Of a stretch of DNA of 64,000 bases, positions 35,622-48,239 are shown in pieces. The DNA lies in NCBI GenBank assembly GCA_002189035.1, contig NEEC01000002.1, positions 3,658,001 to 3,722,000 on the forward strand. Direction: 5' to 3'. Positions within the stretch are counted from its first letter, which is position 1. Each line of letters begins with the position of its first letter. Below the pieces are notes generated by a model, which was given only the letters and a program-made list of their open reading frames with translations, was not told where the DNA came from and searched no databases. This stretch comes from Utricularia gibba. Taxonomy: Eukaryota > Plantae > Magnoliophyta. The position numbers and the translations under genes are program-made.

Positions 35622-38020
35622 TGATAAACGAAAATAACATATACTTGTTTTAATACAGAGTAATACTAAGATGCCTTAAGAATCCGCAGATGGTGTGGTG
35701 CTAAAAAGCCTAATTTAATTCGCTATGTTCCTATATTCATAACTTTAAACAACCGAAGCCTACCCAAGTCATTCTTCATATTTTCGGCTAAGATAGTCTC
35801 CAATATCATCACCAACATCGCAAGGTCTACCCACATACAAAGTGTATAGAACGAGGTTTACCTGGTTCTACTGATCTTACCTTGGACTAATACCTAATGT
35901 CCCCACCTTGATTTATTAGTTTACTTCTGAATCAAGTGTCTAAGTTGCGAAGCTATTCATTTCCCTTTTTAGATCTACCCATGGAATGCTAGATACAAAA
36001 GCTAAGAAACAATGATGATTTATGTTATGAACGTTAGACCCACACCACCATGCATCATCTTAAAGCATCCCTAAGATTCTAAGTACTCATACTTTGAAGA
36101 TAAACATAATGTCATTAAGATTAAATAGTCAAAGTAACATAAACATTGTGAGGAAGTCTATCACACAAACTAAAACATTCAGCGAATGAAAATAAAGTAA
36201 AAGATTGTTATGATTCTCGTCTTGTTGCATGTCGTTTCCTCAAAAAAATTTAAATATTTAAAACGTAAAACACCAAATAGCATAGTACAAGTATCGATCA
36301 CAGGGAGTTGGTTTTCGTGAAAAGTGTTTTGTAAGAAACTTCTACAAAATGTCACGGTTTTGTAAAAGGGGGTTTGTGGAATGCAGAAATAAAAGTTACA
36401 ACCTAAGTAATGGGCCTTGACTACGGCACGTAGTTCCTGGGAATAAGATTCCATCTCCTTCCTTTGTCCGTCCTTGCCTCGGTTTTCACTGATTTCTTCC
36501 GAATAGCTGGTTATAGAGCAAGGAATAGCCTACTCTCCCTTACACTCTAATTGACAAGGAGGCACGGGAATAGCCTCATGTGATTCCCCCTTGGATGATT
36601 AGGAGGACAAGAGGATTGTCTTCGATTGCCTGCAAAACCGAATTGTGCACATGTGCCCAGCTGTTGCCAATGGCCAGTGGCAGGTCCGAGGTCACAACAT
36701 GTCCACTGTTGCGGTACCTAGGCCACAAACAATCCACTACTTCCCTTAAACCAGCAGGGTTGGAGTTGGTGCTCTTCTCCTTGATCTTCACCAAAATCCA
36801 CGAGGAGTGGCCTGTTATTCATGGACCCTGACTAAGGGTCGTTACAGAAAGATTGCAACAAAGCGCGTGGAAGTATGTAGAATCCGAATTGAATTCAGCG
36901 AAGAACCGAGTGTATTGCTCAAGACTTGGAAGGAAACTTCATCTTCTCCTAAAAACTAAAAGGTTTTAGCCACAAAGGGCCATGGAAAACGAAACGAAAA
37001 GGAAGCTTAGTGTTCTTCCTCGTTGAGTAGGCTTGGGTTAGTTGTTAGTTGATAGCCTGTTTTGGGACTTTCTCGTGCATTAACTCCTTTGGGTCTCTTT
37101 CCCATCATTCCTTCTATCTTGCGTGCGCCAGCAACCTTCCTTTGCGTGCAAGTTAGCACCCAATTATTGCTGCAGACTCTGACATGTCGTAAGTCATGAA
37201 AAGCCAGTGTCAGTTTTCCGCCCACAATTGTTCCAAGTCGCGTACAAGACACGAAAAGTCAGACTCTGACCACCTGCAATACTCCTGCAACACTCCACGA
37301 CAGTCTCCTGACATGTCTCGGTCAAAGTGTGAGAAAAAAGGCATAAAATATACACAAAATGGGAAAATAGGAATTTTCTAGTAAAAATCAAATACTTAAT
37401 AATAAGACTCCTAATTTGGACGACTTTATACATAATTAACACATAATAATACCTAATAATTAACTAGAAAATGGCACTTAACACATCTGCTACTATTCAC
37501 TATCCGAAACAGTAGTGTTGAACTGAGCTTGGTGGTTTTCTTGAGGATGAAGCTCTTCTTCTCCTCTTCTCGTTGATATTCCTATTGTTAGAGGAGAAGC
37601 CCCCTCTGTGTGGCTTTTGAAGCTCCCGCTCTCCCTTCTGCGATTCTCTCTCCTCCTGATTTTCTCTCCTCTCTCGTTCCCAAAGCATGTACAATCTCTG
37701 ACAGATTTGTTGCTCCTGCCCCTTACTTCCAATTTGCTGCCACGACAGTGTACTCATTGCTTCTTCTTTTAAGCTGTCTTTTTTCAGAAGCCTGATACTT
37801 GCAAGAAATCCATATTGTCTCCCTTGATTTTTTGGAGTTGTTGCTAGACTCAACATGTTAGTACATAAGATGGGCTAAATCAGATTTAGCCCATTTGCAC
37901 ACAAAGTTCATATGTTCACTAAATTATACAAAAATACTTAAAACTATAAAATAAACAACTAAACATAATTGAAAATTGTAATTTTCATATCATAAAAACA
38001 AGAAAATATATGTGCTATCA
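35622..38020 (-). mobile_element. Family X solo LTR with internal deletion and a nested family Z LTR
   Basis: TGATAAAC...GCTATCA; flanks AATAA/GATAA (1 mismatch). Confidence 0.82.
36223..37483 (-). mobile_element. Family Z solo LTR (1261 bp, longest copy)
   Basis: TGTTGC...CTTAACA; flanks CGTCT/CATCT (1 mismatch). Confidence 0.9.
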
Positions 38021-38031
38021 GATAAACATAA

Positions 38032-39422
38032 TGATAAACAGAAATTCCTAATATCGTTGCAATAAAAATAGAAAATCCGTTATCAAATAAATTTATAATC
38101 CCTAATCTACACAAAATATAAATTTAGAAAACGTGTATAGTGGATATCGGGGTCGATCACGAAGAGCTTGTGCTTGCTAAGTGTTTTAGTAAATGCATGA
38201 TTTCGGATAACAGTAGGTCTTAGTCTAAACTCGGACTAACAGTGACAAGTTCAGTAAACAAGGTAGGTAAGCAATATCAGGTTTCAACGCTAAAGTGATA
38301 GGTACTGGTTATAACTTAGAATAATATGATGATGCCTTAAAGGTCTGCAGGTGGTGTGGTGCTAAAATGTTTAAGTTAAATTACCATGTTCCTACACTCA
38401 CAACTTCAAATCACCTAGGTTTACCCAGGTTATTTGTCATATTTTCGGCTAAGTTAGTCTCCAATATCATCACCAACTTTACAATTAGGTCTACCCGCAT
38501 GCACAGTGTATAGAACTAGGTCTACCCGATTCTACTGGTTCTACCCCGGACTAACACCTACTACCACCCGCCTTGATTTGTTGGTCTGCCTCTAAACCAA
38601 GCTTCTTAGTTGTTAAGTTACTTGTTCCCCTCCTTAGGTCTACCCATATAATGATAGAAACAAGAACTAAGAAACAATAATGAATTTTACTAAGACCCAC
38701 ATCACCATGCTTCTCCTTAAGACGTCCCTAGGGTTTTAGCTACTCATACTTTGAAGGTTAAGCATGATAGCATTAACATAAAACAACAAAAATGTCAAAA
38801 AAATTGTGAAAGAGTTGCGTGCAGAAACTGAAAACATCAACAAACTACAGTAAAGCAGTAAGAATTCAGTTTTCCGTCTGCTACTGTTCCCTGGCCGGAA
38901 CAGTAGCGCTGGACTGGGTTCTGATACTGTTCTTGAGGGTGAAGTCCTTCTTCTCCCCTGGTTTGTGTTCTTCATGTTGGAGTTGGAGGAGAAGCCCCCT
39001 CGGGTGCTCTCCGTGCTCCACCCCCAGCTGCCTGCTTGTTCTTTTTGCTCCACTTCCCGCTTTCTCTTCTTTTCTAAATTAATATCTTCACTCATTTACT
39101 CCCACGCACTGTTCCTGACACCACCTCTGTTCTCGGCCTGAACTTGCAGACTGCAGGCGACAGAACAGTGACCTTTGTGTCCTGCAGCTTGGTGACTTGC
39201 ACGAAATCCAGATTTCTTCCTTGACTTTCGGGTTGCTGCTAGACTACAAAATCGAGTTAGACATGGGGTGGGCTAAATCAAAGGATTTAGCCCACTAATA
39301 CACCAAAAATCATATTTTCCCTAATCAAATAAAAATACTAAAAACTATAAAATTAACATTTAAACATAATTAAAAATTTATGATTTTTCATATCTTAAAA
39401 CATGAAAATTTGTGTGTTATCA
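38032..39422 (-). mobile_element. Family X solo LTR (1391 bp)
   Basis: TGATAAAC...GTTATCA, perfect TSD CATAA. Confidence 0.93.
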
Positions 39423-40661
39423 CATAAATGTTTCAAGGTTGTTAAAACTAAGAAATGTATTTCATTGCATTTTGTCCAACATATATTTATGTCATCTCAT
39501 AGAATAAACATAAAACTGATACTAATATGAGATGTTAGCATCAATACATGATTCAACTCTTGAATCAATATATTAGAAAAAAAATATCAAAATCAATACT
39601 AATATCTCATATTAACATGAATACATGATAGTATAAATGCTAATATCTCATATTAAGATTGACTATTAAGAAATCTAAAAAAACATAGAGAATAAACAAA
39701 TAATGTTACCAGACTCAAATTCATAGTCAAGTTCTTTTCTTCATTTGACTATTCATTGGTCTTGTTTCTTCATTAACTTCTCACCGGTTTCCCAAACATT
39801 CATAATCGCTTTTCTTTTTGAAGATGAAGCACTTCTTAGAAGAAGAAGTTCGATTGCCTTTTCCAAATGTCACATATTTATATCCCTCATTGGCATGCCT
39901 TTTAATGGGGTTTTTTAGAAAAGTAACTATCTTCTCTCCTACCCATTTGAAAAATAACCATCCGTTTTTTCTTATTTGAGAACTAACCATCTCTTTTAAT
40001 TTATTAAATATTAATCATTATATATTCGTTTTTTAATTCAAAAAATACCAACCTATGTGTTTTTTTTTAAAAAAAATTTTTTAGTTGCATATATAAATAA
40101 TAAAATGTAATTAATTTAATTTTTAAAATATAAATTATTATATTTTTACCATTTACTCAATGTTCAATACATTTATAAGAAATAAATTTATTTTATACAA
40201 AAAAATAAAAATATTTATTTATTATTTAGTAGAATCTAAGAAATAATATTCATTTATTATACTTATTAAATATATAAGTGTATTTATGAATTTAATTAAC
40301 AAAAATCTTGTTTGATAAAATTAGTTTTAGGGATCTTCTTTTGATTTATAATTTTTATAACAATTGTATTTAGAACACCAATTAGGTCATGTTTGTTACG
40401 TGGATATAAATTATTAGGGTTTAGGTTATTATGGTTTAATTCATCCCATGAATGATGGTTTATTCAAAATAATGTGTTTGATAAATAAGTTACAATTATT
40501 TAGGATTAGCAACTTTATATGTTTGTTAAAAATGTTTAAAAATGGGTATTTGTAGCTAAATATTACAAATTGACTATTATATCCTTATTATGTTTAATCA
40601 TGCAGACACTCCAATATTACGGTGGGTAAGTATAGCAGACTTCAATATTACGGTGGGTAAG

Positions 40662-40990
40662 ACTATCTAGGTCATTCATCATATTTTTGGCCAAGCTATC
40701 CTCAATATCATCATCAACATTGCAATTAGGTCTACCCACATACAAAGTGCATAAAACTACGGTCTACCCGGTTCTATTGGTTCTACCCTAGACTAATACC
40801 TACTGCTCCCGCCTTAATTTGTTGCTCTACCTGTAAATCAAGCATCTGACTTGCAAAACTACTTGTTTCCCTCCTTAGGTCTATCCATGTAATGATAGAA
40901 ACAAGAACTAAGAAACAAACATAAATTGCCTTATTAATACTAGATCCACACCACCATACTTTACCTCAAGGCATCCTTAAAGTTTTAGCT
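40662..40990 (-). mobile_element. Family X LTR fragment
   Basis: Matches 38425-38750. Confidence 0.8.
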
Positions 40991-40994
40991 ACTT

Positions 40995-41699
40995 CTTTTA
41001 TGCATACTATTCCTAGCTAAAACTAGTTTTAGATTTACTGTGTGAACAATTTGTCTTTTCTACTTCTTTTATGCATTGCTTATTGTTGCTTAACTTTGAA
41101 TCTAGAATGTTGCTTAGGATATGCTATGAAAACGTTTTCCTTTCTCTTGTTATGAGTCGTTAAGTGCTTAGGGGTGCCTTGGGGTGAGTTAATCAGCCTT
41201 AATCAGCCGTAAGTTACACCACTTCCTTAACAAACCAGGATAGATCTAGGAGGGAGAAGTAGTGAAACCAGCTTAACAACCCTAATTAGAGGTAGACCAA
41301 AGATTAGGGGGAAAACAAGAATCCGGATAGACCTAGATCTGGTGTGTTAGGTTTTTGATTTATGGTTTGTATCAGCTTGTTTAGTGACAAGCATACATCC
41401 CCTAGAAATCCCAAGGCATCACCCATTTTATTTTAGAAACAACCGAGTTCATAAACTTGTTATTTTTCTTTATTGCATTTTATCGTAATTCTACCTTAGT
41501 CCTAGTTAAGACCAAATTTACCAACGTGACACTGATTCTTTGCATTGACCTTCACATAGTAAGCACCTATCTCCTTGTGTTCAACCCTAGTCCACTATGC
41601 TCATATTTTTCATATGATTTGATGTGAATTAGGTTTATAAATTTTATTTGATAAGAGAAATTTGCAAATTAACGACTTGCACAAATTTTTCATTTATCA
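40995..41699 (+). mobile_element. Family Y LTR 3' fragment
   Basis: Matches ~49550-50259; ends catttatca. Confidence 0.82.
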
Positions 41700-41987
41700 A
41701 GTCACCCACTAGTGTCTCTATTAGTGTCACTGGCTCATTCTCAAACATCTCTTCAAGTTCAAAATGACTCCCACTTGATTCTTTGAGAAGAAACTCTTTC
41801 TCTAAAAAGATAGCATTCCTCGAGATAGAAATCTTTTCCTCTTGGGGATTATAAAAGTACTATCCCATAGTTTCTTGTGGATATTCCAGAAAGAAACACT
41901 TGTAAGATTTGTTCTCCAACTTATCTGACTTCAACCTTCTTACATAAGCAAGGCATCCCCAAGCTTTGAGGTAGGAGAAGCTTGGTT
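41700..41987 (-). pseudogene. Copia integrase C-terminal fragment
   Basis: PSFSYLKAWGCLAYVRRLKSDKLENKSYKCFFLEYP...YFYNP...ISRNAIFLEKEF. Confidence 0.88.
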
Positions 41988-43575
41988 GTCTAAGGGGAAA
42001 TCACATGAGGCTATTACCGTGCCTTCTTGTCAATCAGAGTGTAAGGAAGAGTAGGCCTTGCTCTTATAACTAGCTATTCGGAAGAAATCAGTGAAAACCG
42101 AGCCGAGGATAGACAAAGGAAGGAGATAGAATCTCATTCTAAGAAACTATGTCCCGTAGTCAAGGCCCATCACTTAGGTTGTAACTTTTATTTCTGCATC
42201 TTAAAAACCCTCTTTTGCAAAATCATGACATTTTGTGAAGGTTTTTTACATAACACTTTTTCCGAAAAACAACTCCTTGAAATCGATACTCGTACTACGC
42301 TCTTTTATGTTTTACGCTTTATACATTTAAAATTTCTTCAGGAAACAACACGCAACATTTAGTATATATTATGCATAAAAATACAAATAACACTAAAATT
42401 AACAGAATATTATAAATCATAATTAAAATACCTAATTTTATCATTAAACATATTAATTTTATAACTTAAAAACACTGATAAAATGTGTGTCATTAGCCGT
42501 CGATTGCATTCAAAACCAAATTGTGCATGTGTGCCTATCTATTGCCAATGACTAGTGGTGAGTACAAGGTCATTACTCGTCTACCGTTGCGGTACCTCGG
42601 TCACAAACAATTTGCTACTTTCCTCGAACGAGTAGGGTTGGAGTTTGTGCTCTTTACCTTGCTCTTCATCAAGATCCACGAGGAGTGGCCTGGTACTCAT
42701 GGACCGTAACTAGAAATCGTTACAGAAAGACTGCAACAAGACGCATGGAAGTATGAAAAATCCGGAATAAATTCAATTAATTATCAAGTTTAGTCTAAAG
42801 ACTTGGAAGGAAACTTTATTTACTCCCAGAAACTAAAAGAATTTAGCCACAAAGTGCCATGAAATCAGAAACGAAATTGGAAAGCTAAAGTATTCTTCCT
42901 CCTTTAGAGAAGGGGAAGAATCAAATGTTCTAAGTGCCAAAACTAAGTATCAAAAGTCCGAAAATAAGTGTTCAATGTTTGTTTTATCTTACTTTCCACG
43001 TGCATTAACTCCTTCTTGTCCCCTTCCCATCATTCTTTCTTTCTTGCGTGCGCCATCAGCTTTCCCATGTGTGCAAGTAAGCGCCCAATCATTGGTGCTG
43101 ACTCTGACATGCCGTAAGTCAGGGGCTTTCACTAGTGTCAGTCTTCCGTCCACAATTGTTCCAAGTTTCGTGCAAGGCACGAATAGTCAGAGTGTGGTCT
43201 CTTGCAAGCATCTTGCAACACTCCGTGACTGTCTCTTGACATATTTCAGTCTGAGTGCATGGAAAAGACAAAGAAAATATATATAAAATAGAAAATAAGA
43301 TTTTTCTAAGGAAATCAATTAATTATCAATATGACTCATAATTTAGGTAACTTAATACTAGATTAACATCAAATAATACATAATAAAAAACTAGAAAATG
43401 ACATTTAACATATTCGCTCACACTTAAATCATACTTGTCCTCAAGTATGAAAATCATAGCAATTCACGAAGAAGGACAGAACTTAAGTCATGATACATTA
43501 CTAAGATAACTCCATCCTACTATAAGTATTTATTCCAATTCTTTTCCTATCCTTCAATCAAATTAAGGCAAGCCC
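41988..43575. mobile_element. Family Z 3' LTR plus PPT/3' UTR, rearranged
   Basis: 41988-42357 is the LTR 3' third on +; 42501-43410 is the LTR 5' part on -; 43411-43575 is the reverse complement of the PPT region at 17805-17963. Confidence 0.85.
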
Positions 43576-44165
43576 TAATCTACACAAAATATAAATTTAG
43601 AAAATTTATATAATTGATTTCGGTGTCGATCACAAGGAGCTTGTGCTTATCATGTATTTCAGTAGATGCAGAATTCAAAGTAACGGTAGGTCTTAGTATA
43701 GGCTCAAACTAATAATAGTAAACAAGTTCAATAAACAGAATTTGGTCTCAATGAGAAATGTAACAAGTACTGGTTCTAACTTGGAATAATATGAAGATGC
43801 CTTAAGGATCATCACCAACATTGCAATTAGGTCTACCTGCATGCAAAGTGTATAGAACTAGGTCTATCCGTTTCTATTGCCTCTACCTCGTACTAATACC
43901 TGCTGCTCCCCTCTTGATTTGTTGGGCTACCTCTAAATCAAGCATCTAAGTTATGAAGCTACTTGCTCCCTTCCTTAGGTCTACCCATGGATTGATAGAA
44001 ACAAGAACTAAGAAACAAATATAAATTTCCTTATTAATTCTAAGCCCACACCACCATACTTCACATTAAGGCATCCTTAAGGCTTTAGCTACTTATACTT
44101 TGAAAATAAGACATGATTTCATTCAGATAATGTGGCAAAAATAATAGAAACATTGTAAGCAAGTC
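43576..44165 (-). mobile_element. Family X LTR fragment
   Basis: Matches 38100-38820 with a deletion. Confidence 0.8.
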
Positions 44166-44233
44166 TGATTTCATTCAGACATGATTTATATAAATTACAT
44201 ATTATCTTCTCATTTTTACTATTTTATTTGTAG

Positions 44234-45143
44234 TTACAAAGACTACAATTGGAGTTATTGGAGGTACAATCAGAGATAGAGAGATTGACTAGTACTCTTC
44301 GTAACTATGAAGAAAGAGCTGAAAGCTTGACATGCCAGAAGTTACTCGTTTCAGATATTAACTTGGTACTAACCGATGTTGTATATCGTAAAAATAGATG
44401 AGATCCTACGCCTCCAATTATGATTAAGAAATAAAGAGGTTAGTATATTTAATTGTTTCATTTTTCTAAATTACATCTAAGATTAACTATTTTTGTTTTC
44501 AATGTATTTAAGACCATATTCTAGATTTTTTTTGAAATGGTGTATGGCAAATTTTGATGTAGGAATATGGTTATCAAGAGGAATGTATTGTGTGTTCTAT
44601 TACTAATAGTATTTTTGGTGATAGGGATATACTCAAGTCATTGATAGAGTATGTTCTTGGAGATAATATCAAGGAGAATTTGGTGTTTTTATGGGATTAA
44701 ACATAATCACTTCTGAGAGTTAGATCGACAACGCATTTGATATCATGAAGTTGACGCCATTATGGTATATTTGGGAGAATAAAGTATTTGAAGGCAAATA
44801 CAACTCTACCAACACATTGTTAGTGGATGACTCTCTATATAAATCATTTTAAAGCCAGTTAGTGACTTTAAATTATTTATTAAATTTCTTTATTCTTAAT
44901 TTTTTTTCTATAAATGTCTCTAATGTAATTTTTTTAGGTTAACAATACAATATTTTGTATATCATGGAATCACATTGAAGGTCTGCACAATATGCTTGCC
45001 TCCTATAATGTCTTTCATTTGTTACTTCTTGGTGTTCTAGATGCGGATAATGTGGGATGTTACGTCAACGAATTCTGCTTCAGTCAAAAGCTAATTAATG
45101 AGACTGATCCACATTGGCAAATCTATAAACGCAATATTGAACG
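44234..45143 (+). pseudogene. Three exon-like segments of an unidentified gene inside the MULE
   Basis: AG/GT-bounded 44234-44438, 44563-44764, 44938-45143; the third is stop-free for 68 codons. Confidence 0.5.
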
Positions 45144-48100
45144 GTATATGTATTGATTACTGTTATTTAAAAAAAACTAAATATCCATTTTGATCCTTTG
45201 AATACTACTATTCGTATTACATCATTTATACTTTATGTTTTAATCATATTTCATACTCGAATTAATTTTCTTTTCGTTATTTTAATTTATTTAATCAAAT
45301 TATCTATTTTTTACTCAACATTTAAGTAAAAAAATAGTTTACTTATTTTTAATATTGATTATGAAAAATAATTGAAATCACGTTTTAAATCAAAATTGAT
45401 AATATATTTTATTTATCATATTTTAACAAGAAATATTTTAATTATATAACAATTAATTTTTTTCTTTATAAGCATTCATGATTATGTTCATTTTTTTATT
45501 TATTATATGAAAATTATAAATTAAAAATGATATTAATGGAATTCATGATTATTTACTATATGATTAAATTTTTAATCACCAATAATAACAATCATTTTTA
45601 TTATGGAATAATAAATATTATGAATTAAGTGAAAGGATTTAGTTTTTTAAATATGTTGTTTTTAGATTTTATTTATTCATTTTACAAAAATACTTAAGTC
45701 TCTTTGTGATTAAAAATACTTTTTAATTTTTTTTATTTTGAATTTTTTTAAAAAAATATTTACTTTTAAATGTTTCATATAGAATAGATATATTAAGTAG
45801 AAGATTATTAATAAAAGAAAATCGATTTTTTTTATTAATGAAAATATGTTGAAACAGAAATATCTTATTATATTCAAAAGCGATCTTTAAATCATATGTA
45901 TAATAAAATATTCTAAAAACTGAAAAGATAAGGTAATTAACAAATAAAACAATCAAACATAACTAATTTTGCAAATGAAATATGAAATCAAGGTATTTTA
46001 CTAAATAAAACTACTCACAAGCGTAATTTTCCAACCCATCCATTATTTCTTATATTATACTAAATAATAAATAAATATTTTTATTTTTTTATACAAAATA
46101 AATTTATTCTTTATAAATGTATTGAACATTGAATAAATGTTAAAAATATAATCATTTATATTTCAAAAGTTAAAAATCATCATATTATATTATTTATATA
46201 TGTAAATAGAAATTAATTAAAAAACAAAAATACATGCATTTTTATTTATTAAATTAAAAAATTAATGTATAATGATTAATATTTTATAAATTAAAAAGGA
46301 TGGTTATTTTTCAAATAAGAAAAAACGGATAGTTACTTTTCAAATGTGCCAATGAAGGGATGATTAATTTTCAAAAGACCCTTTTAATGTGACACATCTT
46401 TAATGTAGGTTTACAAAATGAGCTTGGGCGTTATAAATATGGGCTTAGGGCTTTAGATCTAAACCATGAGCCCATGATATATGACTACCAATGAACCCTT
46501 TTTAATATACATGTTAATCCATTGAATATCACAGAGATAAGCAAGCATGATATCACTATCTACAATAAGAATTAGGGATTGTGTGTATTTTAATTTATCA
46601 ATAATATTTTAAAGCAAAGATATAACAAACAGTTATTAGTAATTAGTTTTGTAATTTTAAGAAAATTATAGTAAAATAAATAATTGTGGAAAGGTTTTGA
46701 GGGTAAAAATACTAATAGTGAATTATTTTAAATACAAACATGATTGGTTTTGTAATAAATTTCAAAAGTGATATAGTTTTGAATTAGTAATCCTAATTAA
46801 GTCTATTTGTGTCATTCTTTTATAAAAATTGTTGAAATACAATAGATTAAAAAGAATTCAATATTATCCTAATCAACAACAACAATCATAAACATCAAAT
46901 AAGTCAATAAGCATACATAAATGAACAATATCCAATGGTAGAAAATAAATATCCTAATCAATTTTAAAATCATTAATTTTCATAATATCTATCTCATCTT
47001 CACTTGAAATTTCATCATTAATATTACCTGAAAACATTAGACATATTAGATACAATACACAAAAAATATAAGTTTTCAATTAATATGTACTATAACCTAA
47101 AGTGACTTCTTATTTGAAACCATGTAACCAATTACTAACACAAATCATTGCTTGTAATGTTTTGGCAACAAAGAACTCATGTACTTTGTCAAAATTTGAC
47201 CATTAATATTAAAAATTGATTATGAAGCGATGGTTGTTATTGGAATGCTTAGAATATCACATGCTAGTGATGAAAGTTGAGGAAATGAATATTTGTTCAC
47301 TCTCCAATAGGTTAGAAGATCTACATCGCTTTCCACATCTCCCTCTAAATCTATATCTAGTTCATATATGCTTTTTCTTTGTACTCCTTATATATTCTTT
47401 GATTAAATTTTTTTAAAATAATATAGTTACATGATAAGCACAATTGATATCAAATACATAATTTTAATGAAAAAAAGAGAATACTTACATAAAGAAAAGA
47501 TTTTGTATTTTTTGAATAATAACTTGCTCCAATTGAATTGGAATGTACTATTTCTAAAAGAGTTGAAGCTATAATGTCCATAAAGAACAAAAAGATTATT
47601 CAAAACTGTTTTTGTATCATTTACCTTTCTTACATGATCATTTGAATACAATTTTATTTTTCAAAGCAAAAACTCAAAAATTCCAATTTTGTTCTTGGGT
47701 CAAGAATTGCAATTTTGTTCCAATTTTTTTATAGCATGTTTACTTCTCTTTTTGTTATCCATTATGCATGTATCAAGGGATTTTTTTTTCACTTGTTTAC
47801 ATGTTTCATTTGTTTTATCATGTGGGTCTTTTAAATCCTCCATTAAAAAGGTAGTTGATTATTACTAAATGCTTTTTTGTTAATAGTATTTATTGTTTGT
47901 CAAACAATAATTCAAAACACTGCTTAAAATTGTTTCTCATAGCAGAGGATAAACTTGTATAATTATTTTTTGTTGAAATGAGAAAACAACATTGGGATTC
48001 ATGATGCTTTGATCAAACTACTCAATAATGGAAACATTCTCTTTGTTTGTTGAATCAACCTTGATTTATAGAGAAAGTTCATTGTTTAATCCCCTGCTGA

Positions 48101-48239
48101 TTTTTTTTTTGTTTTTCAGAATGTTGTTTTGCTATTACTTGTTTGTGATTTTCTTTGTTGTTGTGTTTTCTTATTTGTTGGAGTTGCATTTTTTCTTGAT
48201 TGGCTTGTTTTTCTTTATAAGTTCATTTCACAAATGGAT

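Larger units (their letters stand above)
39908..46381. mobile_element. Pack-MULE-like element with ~350-bp TIRs
   Basis: 39908-~40260 is the inverted repeat of ~46050-46381; termini GGGT; duplicated flank CCTTTTAATG at 39898-39907 and 46380-46389 (TSD 8-10 bp). Confidence 0.88.

Noticed and set aside
13897-43286. Recurrent short ORFs (MLIMYEV..., MPCTRVG...) as a gene family
   Set aside because: They are translations of family Z LTR copies; ends and frames are not conserved
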